Translations under genes and position numbers: made by a program
The notes under the pieces: model-generated
Seen by the model: only the letters and a program-made list of their open reading frames with translations
Told to the model about the DNA's origin: nothing
Database searches by the model: none
Assembly (NCBI GenBank): GCA_963832165.1
Contig: CAWHTE010000002.1
Coordinates: 416,001 to 480,000, forward strand
Origin: an uncultured delta proteobacterium
Lineage (GTDB): Bacteria > Myxococcota_A > UBA9160 > SMWR01
Direction of reading: 5' to 3'
Length of the DNA: 64,000 nucleotides
In this document: positions 39,717 to 53,414 of the stretch, piece after piece
Position numbering within the stretch: position 1 is the first letter of the stretch
Layout: each line of letters begins with the position of its first letter

Positions 39717-41285
39717 TTACACCGCACCCAGGCGCGCGCGCGCGAGCGGCTGGTTCGGCTCGAGCGCGAGCGCGGCGCGCCAGCTCTGTGCGGCTTCGTC
39801 GTTCCACGCGAGCGCGTCGGCGAGCAGAACGCCGCGGCGCGCGAGCAGTGCCGCGCGCGCGGTGTCGGTGTCGGCGCTCTCGCACACGTGCTCGACGAGG
39901 TCGAGCTGCGCGAGCGGTCCGCCGTCCAGCGCGCACGCGGAGAGCGCGCGCTCGAGCAGGTCTTCGCGCGAAGGCGCGAGCTCGAGGCAGCGCCGCCAAT
40001 GCGGAATTGCGCCGCTCGGGTCGCCGAGCGATTCGGAGACGAGCGACGCGAGCTCGAGCTGCAGCTCGAGCTCGCGATCGCGGCTCGCACGCGGGAGCTC
40101 CTCGCGCAGGAGATTCACGAGCGGCAGCGTTTCTGCGCGGCTGCGGTAGAGATCGGCGAGCGCCGCGCGCGCTCCGAGGTCGTGCGGGAGATCGGCGAGC
40201 AGGCGCTGGTAGCACGCGATCGCGCGCTGCGAGTCGCCCGCGGCGCGCGCTGCGTCGGCCGCGCGCTGGACCCATCCCGTGCGCTGATCGCGCGGCTCGC
40301 ACGCGGACGCCGCGCGCTCCGCGAGGTCGATCAGCGGCTCGCTGCGCCCGAGCTGCTCGTAGAGGCCCGCGAGCATCGGCGCGACCTCGAGCAGTGCGCT
40401 CGGTGTCGAGAGCGCGGGCTCGAGTGCCGCGATCGCTGCGACCGGATCCCGGAGCACGTTCGCGCGCAGCTCGGCGATCCGGAGCCGCAGGTGCAGTGAT
40501 TCGGCGTCGATACCCGCACCGCGCGCGTCGCGCGAGGCGAGCTTGCGCTCGAGCACGCCGAGCACACGGCTGGAGCGCTGATCGGCGGGGGTGTCCGCGA
40601 CCGGGGCATCCTCGAAGTCGGGCATCGTGAGCGTTGCCTGCGGCTCGTCGGCGGGTGCGGACTCGAGATCGCACTCGAGGTCCGGGACGCCATCCCATTC
40701 GATGTCGACTTCAGACGCGAGCTCGGCTTCGCCGGACTCGCTCGCGGGTGCCGCGTCCTCGGCAACTTCGGGCTTCGGCGCGCGCGGATCGTCCCAGCCC
40801 TCGCGGCGCGCTCGCGCATAGAGCTGCTCGGCCTGCTCCGCGTCTCCGAGGCGTCGGTGCCAGACGTCCGCCATCAGGACGTACGCGCGCGCGCGTTCCT
40901 CGGCCGACTCGGCGAGCGCCGCCTCCTGCTCGCCGACCTGGAGCACGACCTCCCAGCTGCCGCGCGATTCGTAGATGCGGCGCAGCTGGCGCAGCGCGCG
41001 CAGCATCCGGGGCTCGAGCTGAACGGCCTCGGTGTAGGCGAGGATCGCCGCGTCGGTGTCGTCGAGGCGCTCCTCGCACACCTGCGCGAGACGCATCGAG
41101 ATCTCGGCGCGCTGGCGCGCGCGATCGGCGAGCGAGGGCGCGGCGCGGCGGCGGCGGTACAGGTCGGCCAGGCCAGGCCAGTCCGCCGCCATGAACAGGT
41201 GCTCCTCGAGGAACTCGAACGACACGCGGTCGTCCGGGTTCGCCGTGAACCGCGCCAGATGCTGTTCGTGCGGCAAACCGGCCAA
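39717..41285 (-). CDS. Tetratricopeptide-repeat protein with acidic linker
   Basis: TTG start after GGAGG; repeats such as LAQVCEERLDD..AILAY..AVQLEP, AIPHWRRCLELAP. Confidence 0.75.
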   Translation of the reverse strand: MAGLPHEQHLARFTANPDDRVSFEFLEEHLFMAADWPGLADLYRRRRAAPSLADRARQRAEISMRLAQVCEERLDDTDAAILAYTEAVQLEPRMLRALRQLRRIYESRGSWEVVLQVGEQEAALAESAEERARAYVLMADVWHRRLGDAEQAEQLYARARREGWDDPRAPKPEVAEDAAPASESGEAELASEVDIEWDGVPDLECDLESAPADEPQATLTMPDFEDAPVADTPADQRSSRVLGVLERKLASRDARGAGIDAESLHLRLRIAELRANVLRDPVAAIAALEPALSTPSALLEVAPMLAGLYEQLGRSEPLIDLAERAASACEPRDQRTGWVQRAADAARAAGDSQRAIACYQRLLADLPHDLGARAALADLYRSRAETLPLVNLLREELPRASRDRELELQLELASLVSESLGDPSGAIPHWRRCLELAPSREDLLERALSACALDGGPLAQLDLVEHVCESADTDTARAALLARRGVLLADALAWNDEAAQSWRAALALEPNQPLARARLGAV

Positions 41286-41491
41286 GGAGTCCTCCGCCGG
41301 GTCCCGGCGCGCCCAACGCGCGCGGATCCCCCTCGCCGCATCGGATTCCCGAGCGCGCAACTTGACCGGCACGGGGTCCGCGAAACGGTCGGGCGCGCAG
41401 TCCGATTCGCGATGCGGTGCGGCCGGTTGGCCCGCGCTGCTGCTGCTGCAGACGGCTCAGGGTCCGGTCCGGATTCGACGATGAAGAGGCG

Positions 41492-43255
41492 ATGGACTCC
41501 GGCCTGCTGCTCGCGTCGATCTCGACGCTCTCCTGTGTTGCGCTCGGCCTCGCGGTCGGGCTGCGGCGCGAGCACTCGATCCTCGCGAGCACCGTGCTCG
41601 CGCTGCTGATGTCGCTCGGACTCTGGAGCGGGGGGCTCGGGATCGCGAGCTGGAGCGGGCCCGGCCCGATCGCCGTCGCCGCGCTGCGGCTGGCCGCGCT
41701 GGGCGCGTTCAGCGCCACGGGCCTCTGGCTCCTGATCGCGCTGCGCCAGCGCTGGCCGATCCAGCTCGCCGGCCGCGCCGGCACCGCAGTCGCGCTCGCG
41801 CCGGCCGCACTGTTCATCGCCGCAGCGCTGTCCAACGGGAGTCACGGCCTCGCATTCCGCCGCACTCCGAGCCTCGCGGAGGGCGATTGGGCCGGGCCGC
41901 TCACGCTCCTGCTCTTCACGGTCGCGTTCGTGTGCGCGACGGCCGGGGCCGCGCTGTTCACGCACTCGGCGGTGCGTTTGTGGCGCGAGGAGGAGCGCCG
42001 GCCCGCCCTCGCGCTGCTGCTCACGATGCTGGCGCAGCCGATCGCATTCCTCGCCGACCTGCACGGAGCCGTAGGGCCTACGTACCCGCTCGCGGCTGCT
42101 GCGCTGACGCTGGGTGCGCTCGTGCTCGCGACCACGCTGCTGCGCTATTCGCTACTCCAGCCTCCGCCGCTCGGCCACCGCCAGGTGATCGAGCACCTGC
42201 GCCACGGCGTGCTGATGGCAACCGCAACCGGCGAAGTCATCGACCACAACGCCGCGGCCGAGCAGCTGCTGGGCGGCCCGCCGCGCGGGCGCACGATCGC
42301 CGATGCGATCGCGGCGCTCGTGCCGAGCGCGCAGCGCGAGCCGATCCGCGTCGCGCTCGAACGCCTCGACCTCACGCTCGAATCCCTGTCGCTCCAGATC
42401 GAAGCCGATCGCCGCCGACACCTCGAGGTGTTGGTGCGCCCGATCCCGGGCGACAGCGGCACCTCGATCGGGCAGGTCGCGATGCTGCGCGACCGGACCG
42501 CGGAGCGCAGCTATGCCGACGCGGCGCTGCGCACCCAGAAGCTCGAAGCCGTCGGAACGCTCGCGGCAGGGGTCGCGCACGAGGTGAACAACCCGCTCGC
42601 GTTCGTGCGCGCCAATCTCGGCGAGATCACGCGCCTGTCCGAGGTTGCGGCCGCGTGGCGATCGAAGCACGAGTCTCGTCTCGCCGACGAGCTCGCCGAG
42701 ATGGGCGAGCTCGCGAGCGACGCACTCGCGGGACTCGCGCGGATCCAGCGCGCGGTGTCGGACGTGCGCCGTCTCGCGGCGGCACCCGATTCGGGCTCGA
42801 GCGCCGTGTCGCTCGACGCGGTGGTGCTCGACGCGCTGCGTCTGCTCGAGCTGCGCGCGAGCGGGCGCGTCGAGATCCGCACCCACTTCGCGACGGACCT
42901 GCCGACGATCCGCGGCTCCGCGCAGCTGCTCGTGCAGGCGGTGCTCTCCCTGCTGCTCAACTCCCAGCAGGCGCTCGAGGGCACGCCCGAGCCGTGGATC
43001 GAGGTCGAGACCGGAACCGCGGGCGACTCGGAAGTGTGTGTGTACGTGCGCGACAACGGGCCTCCGATCCCGACCGCGCTGCGCGAGCGCATCCACGAGC
43101 CCTTCCTGCTCTCGGGGCGCGATCCGTACGGACGTGGCCTGGGCACGAGCCTGGCCGCGGGCATCGCGCGCGACCACGGTGGCTCGCTCAGCGCCGACCC
43201 GTGCGAGGGCGGCGCGGTGTTCGTGCTGCGCCTCGCGGCGCGGCCGGAGCTCTGA
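41492..43255 (+). CDS. 7TM-PAS sensor histidine kinase; H-box intact, ATP-binding domain degenerate
   Basis: Multi-TM N-terminus, PAS (NAAAEQLL), AHEVNNP, SLLLNSQQA, DNGPP, GRGLG. Confidence 0.85.
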   Translation: MDSGLLLASISTLSCVALGLAVGLRREHSILASTVLALLMSLGLWSGGLGIASWSGPGPIAVAALRLAALGAFSATGLWLLIALRQRWPIQLAGRAGTAVALAPAALFIAAALSNGSHGLAFRRTPSLAEGDWAGPLTLLLFTVAFVCATAGAALFTHSAVRLWREEERRPALALLLTMLAQPIAFLADLHGAVGPTYPLAAAALTLGALVLATTLLRYSLLQPPPLGHRQVIEHLRHGVLMATATGEVIDHNAAAEQLLGGPPRGRTIADAIAALVPSAQREPIRVALERLDLTLESLSLQIEADRRRHLEVLVRPIPGDSGTSIGQVAMLRDRTAERSYADAALRTQKLEAVGTLAAGVAHEVNNPLAFVRANLGEITRLSEVAAAWRSKHESRLADELAEMGELASDALAGLARIQRAVSDVRRLAAAPDSGSSAVSLDAVVLDALRLLELRASGRVEIRTHFATDLPTIRGSAQLLVQAVLSLLLNSQQALEGTPEPWIEVETGTAGDSEVCVYVRDNGPPIPTALRERIHEPFLLSGRDPYGRGLGTSLAAGIARDHGGSLSADPCEGGAVFVLRLAARPEL

Positions 43256-43257
43256 CC

Positions 43258-45093
43258 GTGTATCCCGCGATCGGTCCGGCTCTCGTCACGCTGTGCGCCT
43301 CGCTCGCGATGTCGATCTATCTGATCGCGCGCGGCCACAAGGAGCCGCTGCACTGGATGCTGCTCGGCTACCTGATCGGGATCGTGCTCTGGACCGGCGG
43401 CGTGCTGGCGCGCTTCACGGTGGACGACCCGGCACACCTCGCGGTGGCGTTGCGCGTGATCTTCACGGGGATCCTGCTCGCGTCGTCGTTCTGGCTCCTC
43501 ACTGCGTTGGCGTACGTGGGCGGGCGCGAGGCGAGATGGCGGGTGAATCCGGCTCTGGTCGTGGGCGTCGTGTCGTCGCTGTTCGCGCTCGCGCTGTTCA
43601 CGAACGACGGCCATCGCCTGTTCCTGCGCAAGATCGACTTCGCGGCGGTCGAGGCGGGGCCGCCCGCGTACGCGGGACCGGTGTTCTGGGCGTTCCTGGT
43701 CTGGGCGTACGGCTGCGTGGGCGGCGGCATGGTGCTCTACCTGCACGCGGCCGGCGCGATGCTGCGCGGCGATGCGCGGCGCCGCGGCATCCTGCTCGCG
43801 ATCGCGTCCGCGGTGCCGCCCGCGACGAGCACGCTCTACGTGTTCCAGCTGCTGCCACTGCACTACGACCTGACCCCGATCGGTCTCATGGTCGCAAGCG
43901 TCCTGCTCTCGCGCGCGATCTTCCGCTACCAGCTGCTCGAGAGCCTGCCGCTCGCGCGCGACGCCGTGCTCGCGCGCCTCGACGACGGCGTGGTGATGGC
44001 GAGCGCGAGCGGGCGGATCACGGAGTGGAATCCGGCCGCCGAGCGCATCCTGGGCGAATCGCTCCAGCGCGGCGCCGACCTCGGCGCCGCACTCTCGCAG
44101 TCGCTCGTGTGCGGTGATCCGCTCGGGCACGGCGCGGCGTCTGCCGCTGCGCTCGCGGGCGAGGTCACCGAGCGGCCGTGCGCGGTGCGCACGGCAGACG
44201 GAAGGCTGATCGAGGTGATGACGGCGGTGGTCGACGAAGGGCGCGGCGAGCCCGCAGGCCGCTTCGCGATCCTCTCCGACCGCTCCTCGATCGACCGCGC
44301 CGAGCAGCTCGCGCGTCAGACGCAGCGGCTCGAGATGGTCGGTGCGCTCGCGGGCGAAGTGGCGCTTCAGATCAACGACCCGCTCACATTCGTGCGGTCG
44401 AGCCTCATGGAGATCGAGCGGCTCGGCGCGCGCGTCGACGCCGCGGTCGCGGGGCCCGACGCCGAGCTCGCGACCGAGCTCTCCGACCTGCGCAACGTCG
44501 CGCTCGAGACGCTCGAGGGCGTCGAGCGGATCCGCCGCATCGTGGACGGCATGCGCGCGCTGTCGAGTGGCGAGCGCGTCGGGTCTGCGCCCGTCGACCT
44601 CAACGAGGTCGCGCGCGAGGCGGTGCGCATGGCACAGCTCGGCGAAGCGGGTGGCGACGGACCGTCGCTCGCGCTCGGGCTCGAGTCGCTGCCGGTCGTG
44701 TCCGGGAACGCCGACCGTCTGGTGCAGGTGGTGTTGAACCTGCTCGTCAACGCGCGCCAGGCGCTCGCGGACACGCCCGCGGCGTGCATCCATCTCCAGA
44801 CGCGCGCCTCCGACCGCGACGTCGAGCTCGAGGTGCGCGACAACGGCCCCGGGATCCCGGAAGCCGTGATGGACCGCGTGTTCGATCCGTTCTTCACCAC
44901 GCGCGGGCCCGACGAGGGCACCGGGCTGGGCCTCGCGATCGCGTTCGACATCGCGCGCGAGCACGGCGGCGTGCTCGAAGTGAGCTCGCGGCCGGGGCAG
45001 GGGGCGAGCTTCGTGCTGCGGCTACCGGCGGAGCGCCGTGAGGGTGCCGCGGCCGGGTCCGGGCGGATGGTGGAGCAGCAGGTGGAGCACTGA
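43258..45093 (+). CDS. 7TM-PAS histidine-kinase-like protein lacking the phosphoacceptor His
   Basis: Multi-TM N-terminus, PAS (WNPAAERIL), H-box reads ALQINDP, intact NLLVNARQA, DNGPG, FDPFFTT, GTGLGL. Confidence 0.85.
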   Translation: MYPAIGPALVTLCASLAMSIYLIARGHKEPLHWMLLGYLIGIVLWTGGVLARFTVDDPAHLAVALRVIFTGILLASSFWLLTALAYVGGREARWRVNPALVVGVVSSLFALALFTNDGHRLFLRKIDFAAVEAGPPAYAGPVFWAFLVWAYGCVGGGMVLYLHAAGAMLRGDARRRGILLAIASAVPPATSTLYVFQLLPLHYDLTPIGLMVASVLLSRAIFRYQLLESLPLARDAVLARLDDGVVMASASGRITEWNPAAERILGESLQRGADLGAALSQSLVCGDPLGHGAASAAALAGEVTERPCAVRTADGRLIEVMTAVVDEGRGEPAGRFAILSDRSSIDRAEQLARQTQRLEMVGALAGEVALQINDPLTFVRSSLMEIERLGARVDAAVAGPDAELATELSDLRNVALETLEGVERIRRIVDGMRALSSGERVGSAPVDLNEVAREAVRMAQLGEAGGDGPSLALGLESLPVVSGNADRLVQVVLNLLVNARQALADTPAACIHLQTRASDRDVELEVRDNGPGIPEAVMDRVFDPFFTTRGPDEGTGLGLAIAFDIAREHGGVLEVSSRPGQGASFVLRLPAERREGAAAGSGRMVEQQVEH

Positions 45094-46533
45094 GCGGTCG
45101 CGATCGCCGACGGCGCCGTCGCCGTCGAGGTCGGAGCCCGCGAGGTGGGTCTTCAGACCGAGCGAGCTCTCGAAGCGCGCCAGGTCGGAAAGCCCGACCA
45201 CGCCGTCCTGGTCGAAGTCGCCGTCGCACCGGTCGCCGAAGCCGTCGCCGTCGGCATCGCGCTGGTCGGCGTTGGGCTGCTCGCGGCAGGTGTCGAGCCG
45301 ATCGGGCACGCCATCGCCGTCGCTGTCGGCGACCGGCGCGAACGGCCGCGCGACCTGCATCAGCGGATCGCCCACGTACACGTTCATCCACGAGAGATAG
45401 GGAATGTTGCGGTAGAAGGCTTCGATCGCGGGCGCGCCGCGCGCATAGTCGACGAGCAGCATCGGCCGCGCGACCCCCGACAGCATCGGCTCGTCGACGT
45501 GCCCTGCAACGCCTGCGACACCGAGATGGATCAGGTCGGCAGCGAGCGATTGCCCATAGAGGTCGGGCGCGCGCGTGAAGGTACGCGCATCGGTGCTCAC
45601 GAGCGTGACGGCGATCGAGCGCGGCGCGAAGCGACCCGGAACGCGACGTCCGTCGATCTCGCCGAAGTAGGGCGCGGGCAGATGGTTGACGTCGTTGCTG
45701 CCCCACGAGGCGTAGCCCGCGATCGCGTCGACGCCCGTGACGAAGCCAGGCGCGGTGTCGTGGAGCACCGACGAGCCGAGCGCACCGAGCGCGGCGGCGG
45801 CAGGGCGCAGCAGGAGCACGTTGCCCGCGTGGTAGCCGTTCGACTGGTTGGGATTCTCGTCGATCACGAACGTGCCGCGCGGATCCGGGGCCACCGCGTT
45901 CGCGAGCAGCGCGGCGACGTCGCGCGGCACGCCGCTCTTCGGGTCGGACGCGTCCTGGTAGCCCGTGATTCGCGCCACGAGGTAGCGCAGCGGCGCCTTC
46001 GGGTAGCGATCGCGCCACGCGTCGAACGGCAGGCTCGAACGGAAGTAGGGATTGGCGGCGCCCGCGGTCCCCCCGCGTCCCTCGAGAGGCGAGAACAGCA
46101 CGGCGAGCTCGGCGTCGACCGCGGCGGTCTGGCGCTGGTCGACGGGCACGCCCTGGTCGTCGTTCGTGACCCGCAGCGGGACGCCCTTGGTGGTGACGAG
46201 GATCCGGATCTTGCCGGCCGGGTCGTTCTTGCGCAGGAAGCGCGCCACGGGATCTCGCACGCGTTCGATGTAGCCCGTGCGGTCGATGCGCTCGTGCACG
46301 GGCGTCTGCATCAAGGGGTCGTCGCCGAGCGGAAGCTGCAGATGGACCACGTTCTGCGCAGGCACGTCGCGCTGGCGCCGATAGGCCTCCCCGATCGCCA
46401 CCGATGTGGCGCTCGCGTCGTTCACGATCACGAGCACCTCGGGGTGGCCGGGCCCGGCGCGCGCGGCCGAGGCGAGCAGGGCAAGTGCGAGCCCGATAGA
46501 ATACGCGCCCGCCGCGAAGCGCCCTGCAGACAT
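45022..46533 (-). CDS. TIGR03790-like exported protein with C-terminal Ca-binding (TSP3/dockerin-like) repeats
   Basis: Signal peptide; VLVIVN, KGVPLR, VDAELA, NPYF, LVARI, SWGSND, GHVDEP, LSWM..VGDPL; DSDGDG/DADGDG/DFDQDG repeats. Confidence 0.75.
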   Translation of the reverse strand: MSAGRFAAGAYSIGLALALLASAARAGPGHPEVLVIVNDASATSVAIGEAYRRQRDVPAQNVVHLQLPLGDDPLMQTPVHERIDRTGYIERVRDPVARFLRKNDPAGKIRILVTTKGVPLRVTNDDQGVPVDQRQTAAVDAELAVLFSPLEGRGGTAGAANPYFRSSLPFDAWRDRYPKAPLRYLVARITGYQDASDPKSGVPRDVAALLANAVAPDPRGTFVIDENPNQSNGYHAGNVLLLRPAAAALGALGSSVLHDTAPGFVTGVDAIAGYASWGSNDVNHLPAPYFGEIDGRRVPGRFAPRSIAVTLVSTDARTFTRAPDLYGQSLAADLIHLGVAGVAGHVDEPMLSGVARPMLLVDYARGAPAIEAFYRNIPYLSWMNVYVGDPLMQVARPFAPVADSDGDGVPDRLDTCREQPNADQRDADGDGFGDRCDGDFDQDGVVGLSDLARFESSLGLKTHLAGSDLDGDGAVGDRDRSVLHLLLHHPPGPGRGTLTALRR

Positions 46534-46542
46534 GGAGTCATT

Positions 46543-48215
<1,673 letters not shown>

Positions 48216-48219
<4 letters not shown>

Positions 48220-49249
48220 TTCGCGCGCTGAGCCGGCGCCGACGCGCGCACGTTCTCGAGCGTCGCGCGCGTGGCCAGCGTGAGCGGGTCGAGCTTGCCG
48301 AGCGCGGGCTCGAGCAGCCCGAGCGAGCGCTCGAGCGTCCTCCGCGCCGAGTCGCGCTCGCCGAGGCCCGCGTAGGTGCGCCCGAGATAGGAGAGGCTCG
48401 CGCCGAGCTCGACCGGTGCGGTGACGCCGCGCTCGTGGATCGCGACCGCGCGCTCGAGCAGCGTGCGCGCGCGCGCGTAGTCGCGCCGGTCGAGCAGCGC
48501 CGAGCCCTCGCGGTCGAGGTCGCGCGCGACGGTCGCGGCGTCCGGTTCGTCTCGTAGGGCGGATTAGCCCGAAGGGCGTAATCCGCCAGCAGCCCGCGAA
48601 CGCGCACCACGGTGGGATCGTTCGCCGCGAGCGTCTTCTCGTAGAGCGGCAGCGCGCGCTCGAAGAACGCGCGTGCGCGGTCGTGCTCGCCGCGCGCGCG
48701 GTGCAGCAGCGCGAGATTCGCGAGCGTCTCGGCCACGAGCTCGTCGCTCGCCGGCTGCAGGAACTCCCAGACGCCGAGCGCCTGCTCGTAGAGCTCGCCC
48801 GCTTCGCGCGCATTTCCGAGCGTCGCAGCCGCGGCGGCCCGCTCGCCGAGCAGCCAGCCGAGGTTCGCGAGCGTGAGGGTGCGCAGCTCCGGATCCGCGC
48901 CGCCGACCGCCTGCTCCGCGAGCGCGCGCCGGTAGAAGTGCTCGGCCTCCGGCAGATGGCCGCGGTCGTGCAGGGTCACCGCGAGCTCCGCGAGCGCGCG
49001 TGCCTCGGGTACCCGAGAGTGCTCCGCATCGCGCAGCCCGGTGGCGCGCGCATAGAGCGGCGCGGCGAGGTCGCGGCGGCCGGTGGCCGCGTGCTGATCG
49101 GCCTCGCGCGCGAGCGCGCTCGCTTCCGATGCCGCGGCGCGCGGCTGCGTCCGTGCGCTCGATCTCGGCGCCTCGCGCGGCGGACCCGCGGGCGCAGCAC
49201 AGCCCGCGATCGCGCACAGGACGCCCAACCGGAATGCGGTTCGCAGCAC
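48216..49249 (-). pseudogene. TPR lipoprotein gene frameshifted at an internal REP element
   Basis: Lipobox IAGC and TPRs (LANLALLH..ARAFFERAL); after the REP the TPRs continue in another frame (DAATVARDLDREG..ARTLLERAV..SLSYLGRTY..QRAN*). Confidence 0.68.
48554..48588 (+). repeat. Single GTAG-family REP element
   Basis: Identical 35-mer to 12992-13026. Confidence 0.9.
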
Positions 49250-49290
49250 GCAGGGCTCTTCGGCAGAGCGGCCGCCGTGCCTGATGGCGG

Positions 49291-49381
49291 GCAAGGAGGC
49301 CGACGAAGTCGGCCGACGCGCAGCGAGCCGAAGGCGAGCGAAGGCGGGCCCCTGCACGGGATGGCTCGCTGCGCTCGCTAC
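49291..49381 (+). repeat. Second palindromic repeat family, copy 2
   Basis: Near-identical to 22929-22987; GCGCAGCGAGCC also pairs with downstream GGCTCGCTGCGC. Confidence 0.75.
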
Positions 49382-49388
49382 TCCCGCC

Positions 49389-50651
49389 CTACTTTGCCAA
49401 TCGGATCCCGCTGAACTGCCAGCGCGCGTCGGGGTAGAAGAAGTTGCGGTAGCTCGCGCGGATGTGGTCGGCGGGCGTCGCGCACGAGCCGCCGCGCAGC
49501 ACGAGCTGATTGCTCATGAACTTGCCGTTGTACTCGCCGAGCGCGCCCGCAGGGGGCGCATAGCCGGGATAGGGCGCGTACGCGCTGCGCGTCCACTCCC
49601 AGACGTCGCCGAACAGCTGCAGGAAACCGCCCTGATCGGCGGGCGCCGGGCGCGGGTGCAGCGCTCCGCTCTCCACGGTGTTGCCTTCGACCGGCGTGTC
49701 GGCCGCCGCGACCTCCCACTCCATCTCGGTGGGCAGGCGCGCCCCGGCCCAGCGCGCGAATGCGTCGGCTTCGTAGAAGCTCACGTGGGCGACCGGCTCG
49801 TCGGGCGCGACCTCGCGCAGGCCGCCGAGCGTGAACATCCACCACGCGTCGCCGCGCCGCTGCCAGTAGAGCGGCGCCTCCCAGCCGAATCGCTGCACCG
49901 CGGCCCAGCCGTCGGAGAGCCACGGGTTCGGATCGCGGTACCCGCCCGCCTCGATGAACGCGAGGTACTCGCGGTTCGTGACCGGCCGGCTCGCGAGCGC
50001 GAACGGCTCCAGATAGACGCGGTGGCGCGGCGTCTCGTTGTCGAATGCGAAGCCGTCGCCCGCGTGACCCACTTCGCGCACGCCGCCCGGGAACGACACG
50101 AAGCGCGCCTCCGCGCGCGAGCTCGGCGCCGGGAGCACGGTCGATGCGCGGTACACGGGCGCGAGCGGGTTCTGGGCGAACAGGTGCTTGAGATCGGTGA
50201 GGATCAGCTCCTGGTGCTGCTGCTCGTGGTGCGTGCCCAGGAGCACCACCTCGCGCAGCGCCGCATCGAGCTTCTCGTCTTCGAGCAACAGGAGCACGTG
50301 CCGGTCGACGTGCTCGCGATAGGCGAGCACCTCGTCGAGCGACGGCCGCGCGAGCAGCCCGCGCTGCGGCCGCGCGTACTGGGGTCCGACGCTGTTGTAG
50401 TACGAGTTGAACAGCACGCGGAACCCGGGCTCGAAGCAGCGGTAGCCCGGCAGCGCCGGCTCGAGCGCGAACGTCTCGAAGTACCAGCTCGTGTGCGCGA
50501 GGTGCCACTTGGTCGGGCTCGCATCGGGCATCGACTGGAGCGCGCAGTCCTCGGCGGAGAGCGGCTCGACAAGTGCTAATGTCGCGGCGCGCACCGCTCG
50601 GTAGCGCTGCGCGAGCGCATCGGCTGCGGTCGCTCTAGAGATGGCAGACAT
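49389..50651 (-). CDS. egtB: Ergothioneine biosynthesis sulfoxide synthase
   Basis: QSMPDASPTKWHLAHTSWYFE, HEQQHQEL, GEYNGKFM, RASYRNFF, RWQFSGIRL. Confidence 0.92.
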   Translation of the reverse strand: MSAISRATAADALAQRYRAVRAATLALVEPLSAEDCALQSMPDASPTKWHLAHTSWYFETFALEPALPGYRCFEPGFRVLFNSYYNSVGPQYARPQRGLLARPSLDEVLAYREHVDRHVLLLLEDEKLDAALREVVLLGTHHEQQHQELILTDLKHLFAQNPLAPVYRASTVLPAPSSRAEARFVSFPGGVREVGHAGDGFAFDNETPRHRVYLEPFALASRPVTNREYLAFIEAGGYRDPNPWLSDGWAAVQRFGWEAPLYWQRRGDAWWMFTLGGLREVAPDEPVAHVSFYEADAFARWAGARLPTEMEWEVAAADTPVEGNTVESGALHPRPAPADQGGFLQLFGDVWEWTRSAYAPYPGYAPPAGALGEYNGKFMSNQLVLRGGSCATPADHIRASYRNFFYPDARWQFSGIRLAK

Positions 50652-50672
50652 CAGCCGATAAAGGCTACCCCT

Positions 50673-51479
50673 ATGCACCGGGAGGTGCCCGCCGTGCAAG
50701 CGGAATACATCGATGTCACGCGGGCGCGCTCGATGCCCGGGCTGCGGCTCGTGCTCACCACCGGTGTCCCGGGGCCCTGGGGAGAGGCCGCGAAGGGGAT
50801 CTTCCACGCGAGGAAGATCGCGTTCGCGCGCGTCGCGCAGGCGGCCGGAGCCGACAACGATGAGCTCTTCGCGTGGACCGGACACCGCAACGCGCCGGTC
50901 GCCGTCTACGAAGACGAGCCGCCGCGCACCAGCTGGTCGGAGATCCTCTGGCTCGCCGAGCGTCTCAGCGCCGCGCCGTCGCTCCTGCCCGAGGCCCCCG
51001 ACGATCGCGTGCGCTGCCTCGGACTCGCGGAAGAGCTGATGGGCATCGGCGGCTTCGGCTGGAATCGCCGCCTGATGCTGCTGCGACCGGGCATGGGCGA
51101 CTCCGACACGCCGCCCGAGGCGATGCGAGCGACGCTCGGGCGCATGGCGCGCCAGTACGGCTACAGCCGCGCGGCCGCCGACGAAGCACCCGATCGCATC
51201 GTAGAGGTGGTCGGAGTGCTCTCGCGCCAGCTCGCCGCACAGCAGGCCCGAGGCCGACGTTATTTGATCGGCGACCGCGTGTCTGCGGTCGACATCTACT
51301 GGGCCGCGATGGCCGCGCTCGTGGCACCGCTGCCGGCTGATGTGTGTCCCATGCCCGAGATGCTGCGCGGCCTCTACGGGAACCCGGGTCCGATCGTGAC
51401 GAAGGCGCTCGACCCCGCGCTGCTCGAGCACCGCGACCGCATCTACCGCGAACACATGGAGTTCCCGCTCGCGCTCTGA
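50673..51479 (+). CDS. Glutathione S-transferase-like protein
   Basis: VPGPWGEAAK, NAPV, YLIGDRVSAVDIY. Confidence 0.7.
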   Translation: MHREVPAVQAEYIDVTRARSMPGLRLVLTTGVPGPWGEAAKGIFHARKIAFARVAQAAGADNDELFAWTGHRNAPVAVYEDEPPRTSWSEILWLAERLSAAPSLLPEAPDDRVRCLGLAEELMGIGGFGWNRRLMLLRPGMGDSDTPPEAMRATLGRMARQYGYSRAAADEAPDRIVEVVGVLSRQLAAQQARGRRYLIGDRVSAVDIYWAAMAALVAPLPADVCPMPEMLRGLYGNPGPIVTKALDPALLEHRDRIYREHMEFPLAL

Positions 51480-51497
51480 GCGCGCGCTCTCAAACCC

Positions 51498-53303
<1,806 letters not shown>

Positions 53304-53414
53304 GCCATTCCCTCGGGTCGCCCGCGTGCGCTCGGAGGCGGGACTCGAAGTGCGCCGAGCTCGCGATCGCTGGGCTTGGTCGATCCTGGAGCTTCGGCGG
53401 CGTTACGCAGATCT

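Noticed and set aside
49389..50651. Selenoneine synthase SenA or ovothiol synthase OvoA
   Set aside because: No senB/senC neighbours and no C-terminal methyltransferase domain; EgtB is the simpler call
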